From an uncultured Candidatus Saccharibacteria bacterium (lineage in GTDB: Bacteria; Patescibacteriota; Minisyncoccia; Phycocordibacterales; UBA2100): 64,000 nucleotides of DNA. Under the pieces are notes generated by a model. The model was not told the DNA's origin and ran no database searches. It saw only the letters and a program-made list of their open reading frames with translations. The stretch covers positions 5,127 through 69,126 of the forward strand of contig CAZOZG010000002.1 of NCBI GenBank assembly GCA_964584225.1, in the 5' to 3' direction. Position numbers and translations under genes: made by a program. Below, piece by piece: positions 8,578-16,705 of this stretch. Numbering within the stretch: the first letter of the stretch is position 1; every line of letters starts with the position of its first letter.

Positions 8578-8663
8578 ATCGTGATCGCGATCACTAGAGA
8601 CTAATTTCGACCCGCACGCTCGTCACCGAAGTGCGATGATGCGTCTTTCTCTTTCATTATTGC

Positions 8664-8696
8664 ACTGCGCGCACGGAAAAAATTTTTTTCCGTGCG
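8664..8696. repeat. 33-nt perfect palindrome GCGCGCACGGAAAAAATTTTTTTCCGTGCGCGC.
   Basis: Read directly from the sequence. It lies in the 333-bp spacer between the O-antigen-ligase-like gene end and secA. Confidence 0.8.
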
Positions 8697-8784
8697 CGCA
8701 TGTGGATAACTTTTATTTTTTGAAGATGCGCGCAACGACACATTGCAAAGCACCCGCGCGAGCTCCAAATTCCTTTGCAAAGAA

Positions 8785-10782
8785 TCAACCTTGTGCGGCC
8801 GCAGCTTGCTTGATCCACGCATCTTGATCGGCTTTGTTCGGATAGAGTGGCGCGAGCGTCTGTCGTGCGCCTGTCTCATCGCCGACCCACAGCTGCGCCT
8901 GCGCGTAGTATTGACGTGCTTGATCATTTTCCGGCAACTCTTCAAAGGCTTGCTTGAACGACGCGACTCCGGCTGCTTTGTCGCCAAGGCGGAATTGATT
9001 GGTGCCAAGTTGGTAGAGAATCGTTTGCTTCGCTGGTGAGAGTTTGTGTGCTTGCTCGAGTGCGATTTCTGCATCTTTATAATCGCCGTACGAATCCAGC
9101 AGCACACCTAAGAAAAGCGGAAAGCGCGCATCCAAGGGCGACGCCTGCATCTGCAACGTCATTTCTTGCGCCGCGGTCTCAAAGAAATTTTTCTTTGCAT
9201 CGGTTGAAATATTTGGATTACCTGCGATCTGCGCCGCGGCTTGAATGAGCTGTTCGCGCGCTTCTTGCGTGCCGTAGGTGCCGTACGCAATTGCTTGTTT
9301 GAAGTACGTGAGGTTTGTGTTGATATCAGATTGCTGCGCGAGAGCATTCAAGAGCGTTTTGTTCTCGAGATACGCATGTCCATTCACGTTCCATGCAGCG
9401 ACGCAAAACAGCACCAGCGCAGCGAGCGAGGCGTATGGCAAGAGATGCCGCGCCGAGAAAGACGTCTCGACAAGCGGCATCGTGCTCTCGTGCGTGCTCG
9501 CGCGCCACGCGATAAACGCAATCACACTCGTGAAGAGAATGTAGCTCGTAACGTTATCGAAGACGAAAAGATCGTGGAAGAAGTACGCGGCGAGTAATCC
9601 TGTGAGAATACTTTGCTCGGCAGCGCTAAAGACGTCGCGTCGCCACACAAGATAGAGTGCCGCAACAAAGATCGAGAGATAGCTCAGCAGTCCCAAGAAA
9701 CCGCCTGCAACGAGCCAGTCGAAGACAACGTCGTGCGTGCGATCAAACCACTGCTCTTGCCCATACATGCGTGGATCGTAGTACTTGTCGAACACAATCG
9801 CGTAGTTTTCTTGCCCCCAGCCCAAGAGCGGTCGCTCTTTCGCACCTTGCCACGCCATGCCCCAATTCAAGAAGCGCGCTTTCACCGTACTATCGGTGAG
9901 CGAAATTGATGAGAGGCGGTTCAAGAATCCGATGTTTTGTACAAACGCACTTTGACGATTGACGTAGATCAGTGCTCCTGCAACGACGAGTGCAACCACG
10001 ACACCTGCTGTCCACCACGCAGCTTTCGAGCGACGCGTCCGCACTGCGAAGAGAAAGAGCGCGATCAAGCCGCCACCGATAAGCCCGAGCGTCGTGCCGC
10101 GCGTGCCAGTGAAAAGGAGCGCCACCGTGTCGACAAAAATGACGATTGCATACCACGCCGACATCCAGCCGCGCATGCCCGCCTTTTCCTTTTGCCACGC
10201 ATTTGCCCAGAGCATCGCGGCGATGAAAATATTGAAAAGCATGTACGCTGCGAGATAGATCGGGTTGCCAAAGGTCGCGTCGATGCGCGCTGAAAGGCCG
10301 CCCGAGCCACCTTGCCCGAGAGCTGCATCCCCCAAAATCTGCGCGAAACCCCAGAAAGCAACCAAGACAGACAAGAGAAGCGACATTTCCCAAAAACGTC
10401 GCCAGAGCTTTTCCGTATTGAGCGTCGTATACGCAACGATGAAGTAGAGCAAGAGATGCATCTGCGTCACCCACCCATCCATGCGCTCGTAATTACTCCA
10501 AAAGCTTTTGAAGGGCACTGCGCCTTGTGCGTCCGCGATCGCGATGACGAGCACAAAAAGCGCAAACGCTCCCAAAAGCAAGGAACGCTTCGGCCAGTAG
10601 GCAGGATTACACAGTGCAAGCGCAAGCCACGCACATGCGATTAATTCAACGATGAGGCGGAATAGAAAATTCTTTCCGGTGATGAACGGAAAGAAAAGAT
10701 CGTAGGCGACGTAAAAGACAATGAAGGGAAGTGCGAAGACGCCAACGATGACGATGCCGCGTAGAAACTTCTCAAGCGTCAT
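8785..10782 (-). CDS. O-antigen ligase (Wzy_C) domain polytopic membrane protein with C-terminal TPR repeats.
   Basis: A 665-aa polytopic membrane protein matching the layout of the O-antigen ligase/Wzy_C family (multiple TM helices plus a large periplasmic loop). The C-terminal approximately 200 aa show a TPR-like pattern (AYLENKTLLNALAQQ...YYAQAQLWVGDETGARQ). Stop codon is TGA. Confidence 0.55.
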   Translation of the reverse strand: MTLEKFLRGIVIVGVFALPFIVFYVAYDLFFPFITGKNFLFRLIVELIACAWLALALCNPAYWPKRSLLLGAFALFVLVIAIADAQGAVPFKSFWSNYERMDGWVTQMHLLLYFIVAYTTLNTEKLWRRFWEMSLLLSVLVAFWGFAQILGDAALGQGGSGGLSARIDATFGNPIYLAAYMLFNIFIAAMLWANAWQKEKAGMRGWMSAWYAIVIFVDTVALLFTGTRGTTLGLIGGGLIALFLFAVRTRRSKAAWWTAGVVVALVVAGALIYVNRQSAFVQNIGFLNRLSSISLTDSTVKARFLNWGMAWQGAKERPLLGWGQENYAIVFDKYYDPRMYGQEQWFDRTHDVVFDWLVAGGFLGLLSYLSIFVAALYLVWRRDVFSAAEQSILTGLLAAYFFHDLFVFDNVTSYILFTSVIAFIAWRASTHESTMPLVETSFSARHLLPYASLAALVLFCVAAWNVNGHAYLENKTLLNALAQQSDINTNLTYFKQAIAYGTYGTQEAREQLIQAAAQIAGNPNISTDAKKNFFETAAQEMTLQMQASPLDARFPLFLGVLLDSYGDYKDAEIALEQAHKLSPAKQTILYQLGTNQFRLGDKAAGVASFKQAFEELPENDQARQYYAQAQLWVGDETGARQTLAPLYPNKADQDAWIKQAAAAQG

Positions 10783-10822
10783 GGTGGGTATTCTAGCAAG
10801 AGCTGTTGTGGACCGCTAGCGC

Positions 10823-11884
10823 TTAGAGCGGCTTGATCGTGACCGCTGATTTCTGATTTTTGAGCGCAGTGCGCAAGACCTCTATCACGCGCACGCCGCT
10901 TTCGATTGCGATCGGAGAATCTACAGGCTTCAGCTTCCCTTTCAGGATTGCGTCGATGTGTCGGACTTCACGATAAAAATCGTCGGGACGTTTTTTGTCG
11001 AAAATCTTCACATCTTCCTTTCCTTCGGCATCTTTCCATTTCACGACGTCGCCACGCGGGTCACCGTTGCAGTACCATTCGATGTAGCCCGCGTCGCCTT
11101 GGACGCGCGCCCACTTGCGGGTCGGTTGCGTCACGACATCTTGAATCACACGACCTACTTTTCTTTTGTCGGTGACGAAAGTGAATGCCGCAATCGCATC
11201 GTACTTCGTCTTGCCTTGCTTTTTCATATCGTAGATTGCAGTCATCGACTTCCATGTGCCGAGTCCTGCCGCGCGTGCGAAGAGTTGCCACAGGTGCAAT
11301 GCGTGTGAATGCTCGCCTGAAGCTCCACCACCGCGATCGATATAGCCGAGGTAGGTGTCCTCTGGACCTGAAAGCCACGGATGCGCTTTGAAAATGCCCG
11401 CCCAGTGCTCGCGAAATTCGACGTCGAGTGTGAGCACATCGCCGATCGGCTTTTTCTTGAGTAGATCAACGATGAAGGTGACCGCCTCCGCGACGCCGTG
11501 GTCGTAACCGACGAGAAGAATCGTCCCCTGTTTTTTTGCGGCAGTGACGAGCTCTTTCAATCCTTTGCCTTCTGGCCCGCACAGCGGCTTTTCAAGCAAC
11601 ATTAATTTCGGTTTGCCTTTCAGCTCCTCAAGCGCAACGCGCATGCGCACATCTGGCGGCGTGCCGATCATCACGATGTCGTATTTCCCTTTTGGCTCTT
11701 TGCCTGCGACGAATTGTTTGATAGATGAATCCCATTTTCCGTAGCGAGTCGGGTAAATGTCCTCGCGCATGCGCTGCAGTGCGGCTTGGTCGCGATCGGT
11801 CACGGTTACCTTCCATCCGATTCTGCGCGCCGCTTGCGCCAAGTGGTTTCCGATCGACCCCGCGCCGATAACTTTGGCGTTCAT
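10823..11884 (-). CDS. Gfo/Idh/MocA-family NAD(P)-dependent sugar oxidoreductase.
   Basis: Rossmann start KVIGAGSIGNHLAQAA and the family EKPL motif (LLEKPLCGP). Confidence 0.5.
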   Translation of the reverse strand: MNAKVIGAGSIGNHLAQAARRIGWKVTVTDRDQAALQRMREDIYPTRYGKWDSSIKQFVAGKEPKGKYDIVMIGTPPDVRMRVALEELKGKPKLMLLEKPLCGPEGKGLKELVTAAKKQGTILLVGYDHGVAEAVTFIVDLLKKKPIGDVLTLDVEFREHWAGIFKAHPWLSGPEDTYLGYIDRGGGASGEHSHALHLWQLFARAAGLGTWKSMTAIYDMKKQGKTKYDAIAAFTFVTDKRKVGRVIQDVVTQPTRKWARVQGDAGYIEWYCNGDPRGDVVKWKDAEGKEDVKIFDKKRPDDFYREVRHIDAILKGKLKPVDSPIAIESGVRVIEVLRTALKNQKSAVTIKPL

Positions 11885-11968
11885 GATGAAGGGATACTAA
11901 CAGCTGCAACACAATCAGCAAGTACTAAAAAGAAGAGGGCGCCCCGCAGGGCGCCCTCACAGTATTCG

Positions 11969-12532
11969 TCACGAGACTTCGTACTGCTCCAGATCCAGGA
12001 AAATATCATGCGCGATATGTTCCGCATCACGTGCAGCGTTTACAATTGTCGGCTGAATCTCCGGAGGCCACGGTGTTTGGATCGTGAGCGCCCAGTGATA
12101 CTGCTCTAGCGTTTTGATGGGCGACACGGAATTCTCCCGCGCGCGCATGGCGATGCTTTTTTTGATTTCCTCTTCGGAAGAAACTTCCAAGCGAAAGAAA
12201 CGCATCGGCACATTGCTGTGTGCTTGCGAGAATTGCAGCACCGGGTCTTTAAACTGCTGCCGCGAACACGTGCCTGAGAACACGATAGGCATGCCGCGGT
12301 GCAGCTGGGCGCTTGCTTCGCCACACGCAAGTTCATAGACGCGCGCCATGAGCGCAATCTCTTCCTCTTTGGGTAAGAGCTGCCCCGACGCATCCAAAAA
12401 ATGAGATCGACGCACCACGTCGACATCAATGGAGACTAGGTTCGAATGCTCGCTCATGTATTTGGCGACAGTCGATTTTCGATGTAGCGGCGGTCCTGTG
12501 AGGAACGCCACAAGAGGCCTATATTCAGGCAC
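11969..12532 (-). CDS. P-loop kinase-like (AAA_33/gluconokinase-like) small protein with a degenerate Walker A. Candidate sugar kinase.
   Basis: LVAFLTGPPLHRKST fits G-x5-KST rather than GxxxxGK[ST]. About 187 aa and alpha/beta-like. Confidence 0.3.
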   Translation of the reverse strand: MPEYRPLVAFLTGPPLHRKSTVAKYMSEHSNLVSIDVDVVRRSHFLDASGQLLPKEEEIALMARVYELACGEASAQLHRGMPIVFSGTCSRQQFKDPVLQFSQAHSNVPMRFFRLEVSSEEEIKKSIAMRARENSVSPIKTLEQYHWALTIQTPWPPEIQPTIVNAARDAEHIAHDIFLDLEQYEVS

Positions 12533-12577
12533 TGGATTCCCCCGCTGTTGTTGGTATGAACTATCCCGTACTCTGTC

Positions 12578-13219
12578 TTAGGACGCAGATTGTGTCAAGA
12601 TTTCCAACAACTCGCTCAATTGCGAAATCGATTTGATGCCTGTCCCCTCCCAGCGCGAGCCAAAGCCCACGAATTGACAACCAAACGTGTGCGCCGCATC
12701 TGCGTCGCCTTCGGTGTCGCCGACAAAAAGCGTATCCAAGACAGGCACATGCGCGTGCTGCACAATCCGCCCAAGATTTTCCACTTTGTTGCGCGGCGTT
12801 CCGTATATTCCTTTAAAAAGAGGTGCGACGCCAAGTGCGTGGATGCTTTCCTGCAGCACTTCTTCCGGCGTGAGCGAATTCACGTACAAAGGAATTTTCT
12901 GCGAAAGCACCGTCATGGCCTGCCGCGCATCATCCGACACTCTCAGTTGGCGCACGCGCTTATCGACGACTTCGCCGTATCTGCGGACATACTCAGCGAC
13001 TTTCGCGTCGATCGCGTCTGTCTCTCCCATGCGCTCAAAAACGCCGCGGATGATATCGGCTCGATTTCCGCGTCCTGTGAGATCGGCACGCGCAGAATCA
13101 ATCTCGCGTTTCGGCACGGGCTCACCAAATTCACTAAACATAAGAGAAAAGCCCTGCTGCTTGATGGGCTCCGAATCCACGATCACGCCGTCGAAATCAA
13201 GAACAAGTGCTTTGATCAT
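12578..13219 (-). CDS. HAD-superfamily hydrolase/phosphatase.
   Basis: HAD motif I MIKALVLDFDGVIVDSEP, and motif IV acidic residues in VGDTEGDADAA. Confidence 0.7.
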   Translation of the reverse strand: MIKALVLDFDGVIVDSEPIKQQGFSLMFSEFGEPVPKREIDSARADLTGRGNRADIIRGVFERMGETDAIDAKVAEYVRRYGEVVDKRVRQLRVSDDARQAMTVLSQKIPLYVNSLTPEEVLQESIHALGVAPLFKGIYGTPRNKVENLGRIVQHAHVPVLDTLFVGDTEGDADAAHTFGCQFVGFGSRWEGTGIKSISQLSELLEILTQSAS

Positions 13220-14767
13220 CTAGTCGAATTGATGCCGACCCCAGTTGTTAAGTTTTGTCTTTCGCTCTTCACGTGCCATTTTAGCAATTTTTGGATCTTC
13301 GTACATCGAGTCATCATTGTGGTGCGTCGTCGATATCTCTTCAAAAATCGCACCAGTTGTCGTCCAGAATTTATGCTTCACGCCGCGCTGAATGATTTGG
13401 AGATCGCCCGGGCGCAGCGTCTTCCGGCGTCCATCGAGTTCCATTTCCAATTCGCCCGCGAGCATATGAAATGCCTCTTCCTTTTTGAGGTGGTGATGAA
13501 AGGGATGTACCTGGCCCGGCAATTGAATGAGAATTTTCTTGCAGTACTCGCGATTGATGCAATCGATGATGACGACACCGTACTTGTGGAAATTTTCGAG
13601 CCCATAGTGATGCGAAAGTTCGACTTCAAATTCCGGCGTGATCGGCACGCCCGCTTCATTGAGCATACCTTTCACTGCGTGAATCGCTTGGTAGATTGTG
13701 TGCTTGCGAGAAAAGCCATCGACGCGCACTTTCTCGCTGACAGCTTCGTCTTTTTTATAATTCTTATCAGCGATTAAGCCGTTGAGAAGACGCCCACTGG
13801 GGAGCTGCCCTTTCTCGATCGGAAACGCAAAATAAACATCTGCCGCTTTGATCTCATCGCCCTTCTTGATCGGCTTTTTGGCGAAGACGCCGCGCATCAA
13901 CGACGCAAGATCTTCCTGCTCTTTCTTTTCGAGCTTTTTCTCGCGCGAACCCACCGCGTCCCTCGCGCGCTCCCATGCCTCTACCCATTTCTCGGTTTGC
14001 TCCGGCGTCGCGGAGTACGCATTGAGCTTTATTTCCGGCGTCGCGACACCAACATGTTTTTCATACATGCGTGCACCTTTCGCGTACGCCATCTGAATAT
14101 TCTCGACATTCTCTGGCGATTCGTGTGTTGAAAAACCGACGACCAGATTCGGGAAACGCTTTTTCAAAACGGTGATTTGTTCGAGCTGCAATTTCTCGGT
14201 GGGGGTCGGATAGATCGAGACACAATGCTGAATCGCAAAATGCACATAGCGGTGGTCGAAAAATGTCACGACGTCGTCGATGCGCTTCAGCGGCAGGCCA
14301 CCAAACGAGATGATCACGGGCTTTTTGGCTTCTGCGATTTTCTGCAGGAGTGGGAAATCGGTCGCCGATGCACTCGCGACTTTCAAGACGTCTGCACCGA
14401 GTCGATCCGCCGTTTCCACGGACTTTTCGTCGAAAGGCGTCACCATTACAATCAATTTTTCTTTGCGCGCCGCCGCGATCAGCTCTTTGAAGTGTTGTTC
14501 TGAAAGACGCGTGGAGAGAAATCGTGGCACGTGTTTGTTGTCGGTCTTTTTGAGATGCTTGGGGTGCACGAACGTATCAAGATCGCGGAACTGGAATTTA
14601 ATCGCTGCCTTCAGCTGGTGCTTTTTGGCAATCGCCCCGATCGCCTTGATGATTTTCTTGCCGTGCGCGACCGAGCCCTGATGGTTGTTGGCCATCTCAA
14701 AGGTAAAGAGGTCGTTGAAGTCGAAACGCTCTGTCGGCTCAAGTTGCATGCCGGCACTATGCATCAA
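13220..14767 (-). CDS. NeuB-family nonulosonic-acid (sialic-acid-type) synthase fused to SAF and a C-terminal cupin domain.
   Basis: NeuB-like TIM-barrel N-terminus (FDFNDLFTFEMANNHQGSVAHGKKII...AIKFQ), an SAF-like segment, then a cupin (QVHPFHHHLKKEEAFHMLAGELEMELDGRRKTLRPGDLQII). 515 aa against about 350 for a stand-alone NeuB. Confidence 0.65.
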   Translation of the reverse strand: MMHSAGMQLEPTERFDFNDLFTFEMANNHQGSVAHGKKIIKAIGAIAKKHQLKAAIKFQFRDLDTFVHPKHLKKTDNKHVPRFLSTRLSEQHFKELIAAARKEKLIVMVTPFDEKSVETADRLGADVLKVASASATDFPLLQKIAEAKKPVIISFGGLPLKRIDDVVTFFDHRYVHFAIQHCVSIYPTPTEKLQLEQITVLKKRFPNLVVGFSTHESPENVENIQMAYAKGARMYEKHVGVATPEIKLNAYSATPEQTEKWVEAWERARDAVGSREKKLEKKEQEDLASLMRGVFAKKPIKKGDEIKAADVYFAFPIEKGQLPSGRLLNGLIADKNYKKDEAVSEKVRVDGFSRKHTIYQAIHAVKGMLNEAGVPITPEFEVELSHHYGLENFHKYGVVIIDCINREYCKKILIQLPGQVHPFHHHLKKEEAFHMLAGELEMELDGRRKTLRPGDLQIIQRGVKHKFWTTTGAIFEEISTTHHNDDSMYEDPKIAKMAREERKTKLNNWGRHQFD

Positions 14768-14780
14768 AAATCACCAAAGA

Positions 14781-14818
14781 TCAAGGCGACGCCTTTAGGG
14801 ATCTTAAGGCGTCGCCTT
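14781..14818. promoter_or_regulatory. Intergenic hairpin with a 14-bp perfect stem between the NeuA-like stop and the NeuB-like start.
   Basis: CAAGGCGACGCCTT (14781..14794), loop TAGGGATCTT, AAGGCGTCGCCTTG (14805..14818). On the minus strand it is followed by ATCTTTGGTGATTTTTGA. Confidence 0.5.
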
Positions 14819-14822
14819 GCAT

Positions 14823-15560
14823 TTAGAGTTTCCGCTGTCGCTCGCGCAGCAGCATTTCTGCGAGACGAAAATCGAGTTCAGTATCAATATTGACCGAATG
14901 ATCGAGGGTCATCTCGAAATAGCCGAGGCGTTTCCCTGAAGTCGAGTGTTGTTTCAAAATCGTATCGCGACGCATCACATCCATCGCGCCCGTATGCACG
15001 TAGACTTTCGGAAAAAGTTGCCTCGGCAAATTGTGAGGCTCATCGTGACCCGTCACTTCTTTCGGCAAAAACGGCTCCAGGTGTTTCCCGTCTTTTGCGA
15101 TCCGCCACAGTTTGTACGGATGCTTCGGCGCTTCGTGAATTGGTCGTACCGCGTCGAGCGTCGCATCGTTCAAAAGTGTATCGATGCCGTGATCGATGTC
15201 GTCAGTGGTGCACAAGGGCGACGTCGGCGGCAGTCGCAGGACGACATCGGGTTCGTAGCCCTCTTTTTCTTTTAAAGTCTTGAGCGCGTGCGTGAGAAAT
15301 TCGACGTCGGTCGAACGGTCTTGAGAAATATGTTCTGGCCGCATAAACGGCACTTCGGCTCCAGATTCTTTTGCGACCTTTGCGATCTCTGTATCGTCCG
15401 TAGACACAATCACGCGCGTGACACTCTTCGATCCCTTCGCCGCCTCGATCATCCAGACGATCAAGGGCTTGCCGGCAATCATGCGAACATTTTTCCGCGG
15501 CAGGCCTTTTGAGCCACCGCGGGCTGGAATAACGGCGAGGATTTCCATATATAGCCGCAT
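14823..15560 (-). CDS. Acylneuraminate (CMP-nonulosonate) cytidylyltransferase family, NeuA/KdsB-like.
   Basis: MEILAVIPARGGSKGLPRKNVRMIAGKPLIVWMIEAAKGS matches the CMP-NeuAc synthetase N-terminal motif. An alternative ATG lies at 15548. Confidence 0.7.
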   Translation of the reverse strand: MRLYMEILAVIPARGGSKGLPRKNVRMIAGKPLIVWMIEAAKGSKSVTRVIVSTDDTEIAKVAKESGAEVPFMRPEHISQDRSTDVEFLTHALKTLKEKEGYEPDVVLRLPPTSPLCTTDDIDHGIDTLLNDATLDAVRPIHEAPKHPYKLWRIAKDGKHLEPFLPKEVTGHDEPHNLPRQLFPKVYVHTGAMDVMRRDTILKQHSTSGKRLGYFEMTLDHSVNIDTELDFRLAEMLLRERQRKL

Positions 15561-15580
15561 TATAGGCTCTTTCTCGGGTA

Positions 15581-15609
15581 TTGCAATAGATACGCATTCG
15601 TGTTAGAAT
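15581..15609 (+). promoter_or_regulatory. Sigma70-like promoter for the plus-strand gene at 15659.
   Basis: TTGCAA (15581..15586), 17-nt spacer, TAGAAT (15604..15609). GGAGG lies 5 nt before the GTG start, inside a 98-bp divergent spacer. Confidence 0.45.
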
Positions 15610-15658
15610 GCTGACCGCTTAAAGAGTCACAAAATCCACAGAAAGAACGGAGGTTCAC

Positions 15659-16660
15659 GTGAATATTTTCCTTGTATCGAACGACAAGGCCCCGACCGAT
15701 GCGTTCCTCAAACTCAGTCCTCACCTTATCGACCATGGACACAAAGTCAGCCATGCCGTTTTTGGTGGCGCCGGTGGCGGAGAGTGGGCTGACATTGCAC
15801 TTATAGGAATGTCGACGCCCGAAAAAAACGCTGAAATCGAAATCGCTGCGGCGCGCGAATGCATCCGTCTCGGTAAGCCATTCGGTTTCTACGCAGATGC
15901 GCATGGTGCGTGGACGCGGCCACACTTCGCGGAGTTCCGCGAAAAAGCCAGCTTCGTTTTCGTTGTCGCCGACGAGCCGGGCACCATGAAAATGTGGCCG
16001 AACGCCCGGATCATCAAAACGGGCAATCCGCTGTGGGCTCAGTACTTCAAGCCCGTCGACAGAAAAGCTGCTCGCGAGGCTATGTCGGCGTTCGACCAAG
16101 ATTTCGTCATCCTGTGTCCTGGTACGAAGAACAGGACACACAACTTGCTGGTCTGGAACGCAGTCATCCAGGCAGCGAAGGGCATACATACTGCACAGGT
16201 CGTCCTTTCACCGCATCCCGGCGATAAGACGGACCCAATGATCTATCAAGATCTCGCGCAACTCGCGGCGCAGGATGCTGTCTGCGTCGATATACCGCGG
16301 AACAAGACAGACGAGCTAGTCCCTGGGGCTGACGTCGTGATCAACGGCACATCCGTCCGCGTTCATGCAATTGCACGCGGAATTCCCGTGATCGACTACT
16401 ATGAGCCACTTTCGCAGACATGGCTCGAAAATGACACCGGCAAATCGAGAAGCTACTTCGCCGATTCGGGCGCCGTGCTTGGTTTGTACGGCAAACAAGC
16501 GAGCTGGCCTGCGCTTGCATCACTGTTCGATAAAGTCGCGAGAGATCCGAAGCTTCTGCAAAAGGGCCAGGAAGGTATCGTCGAAAATGTGTCTCAACAC
16601 GAGATGCTTGAGCGCATGCGAATCGTGCTCGAGCAAGTTGCTCAGTCGAAAGCTGCCTAA
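15659..16660 (+). CDS. GT-B-fold protein (MurG/PseG-like C-terminal domain). Candidate glycosyl- or sialyltransferase, or a nucleotide-sugar hydrolase.
   Basis: GTG start. The C-terminal segment PHPGDKTDPMIYQDLAQLAAQDAVCVDIPRNKTDELVPGADVVINGTSVRVHAIARGIPVIDY resembles the GT-B nucleotide-binding half. No confident family assignment. Confidence 0.3.
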   Translation: MNIFLVSNDKAPTDAFLKLSPHLIDHGHKVSHAVFGGAGGGEWADIALIGMSTPEKNAEIEIAAARECIRLGKPFGFYADAHGAWTRPHFAEFREKASFVFVVADEPGTMKMWPNARIIKTGNPLWAQYFKPVDRKAAREAMSAFDQDFVILCPGTKNRTHNLLVWNAVIQAAKGIHTAQVVLSPHPGDKTDPMIYQDLAQLAAQDAVCVDIPRNKTDELVPGADVVINGTSVRVHAIARGIPVIDYYEPLSQTWLENDTGKSRSYFADSGAVLGLYGKQASWPALASLFDKVARDPKLLQKGQEGIVENVSQHEMLERMRIVLEQVAQSKAA

Positions 16661-16705
16661 GCAGCACAACAAGAGGCGTCGGCCCATAGCCGACGCCTCA
16701 TTCTT

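Noticed and set aside
12590-13777. 395-aa plus-strand ORF.
   Set aside because: Entirely antisense to the HAD and NeuB-like genes, whose products have clear family motifs. Its translation is low complexity and Arg/His/Phe-rich with no motif. This is a typical shadow ORF in GC-rich DNA.
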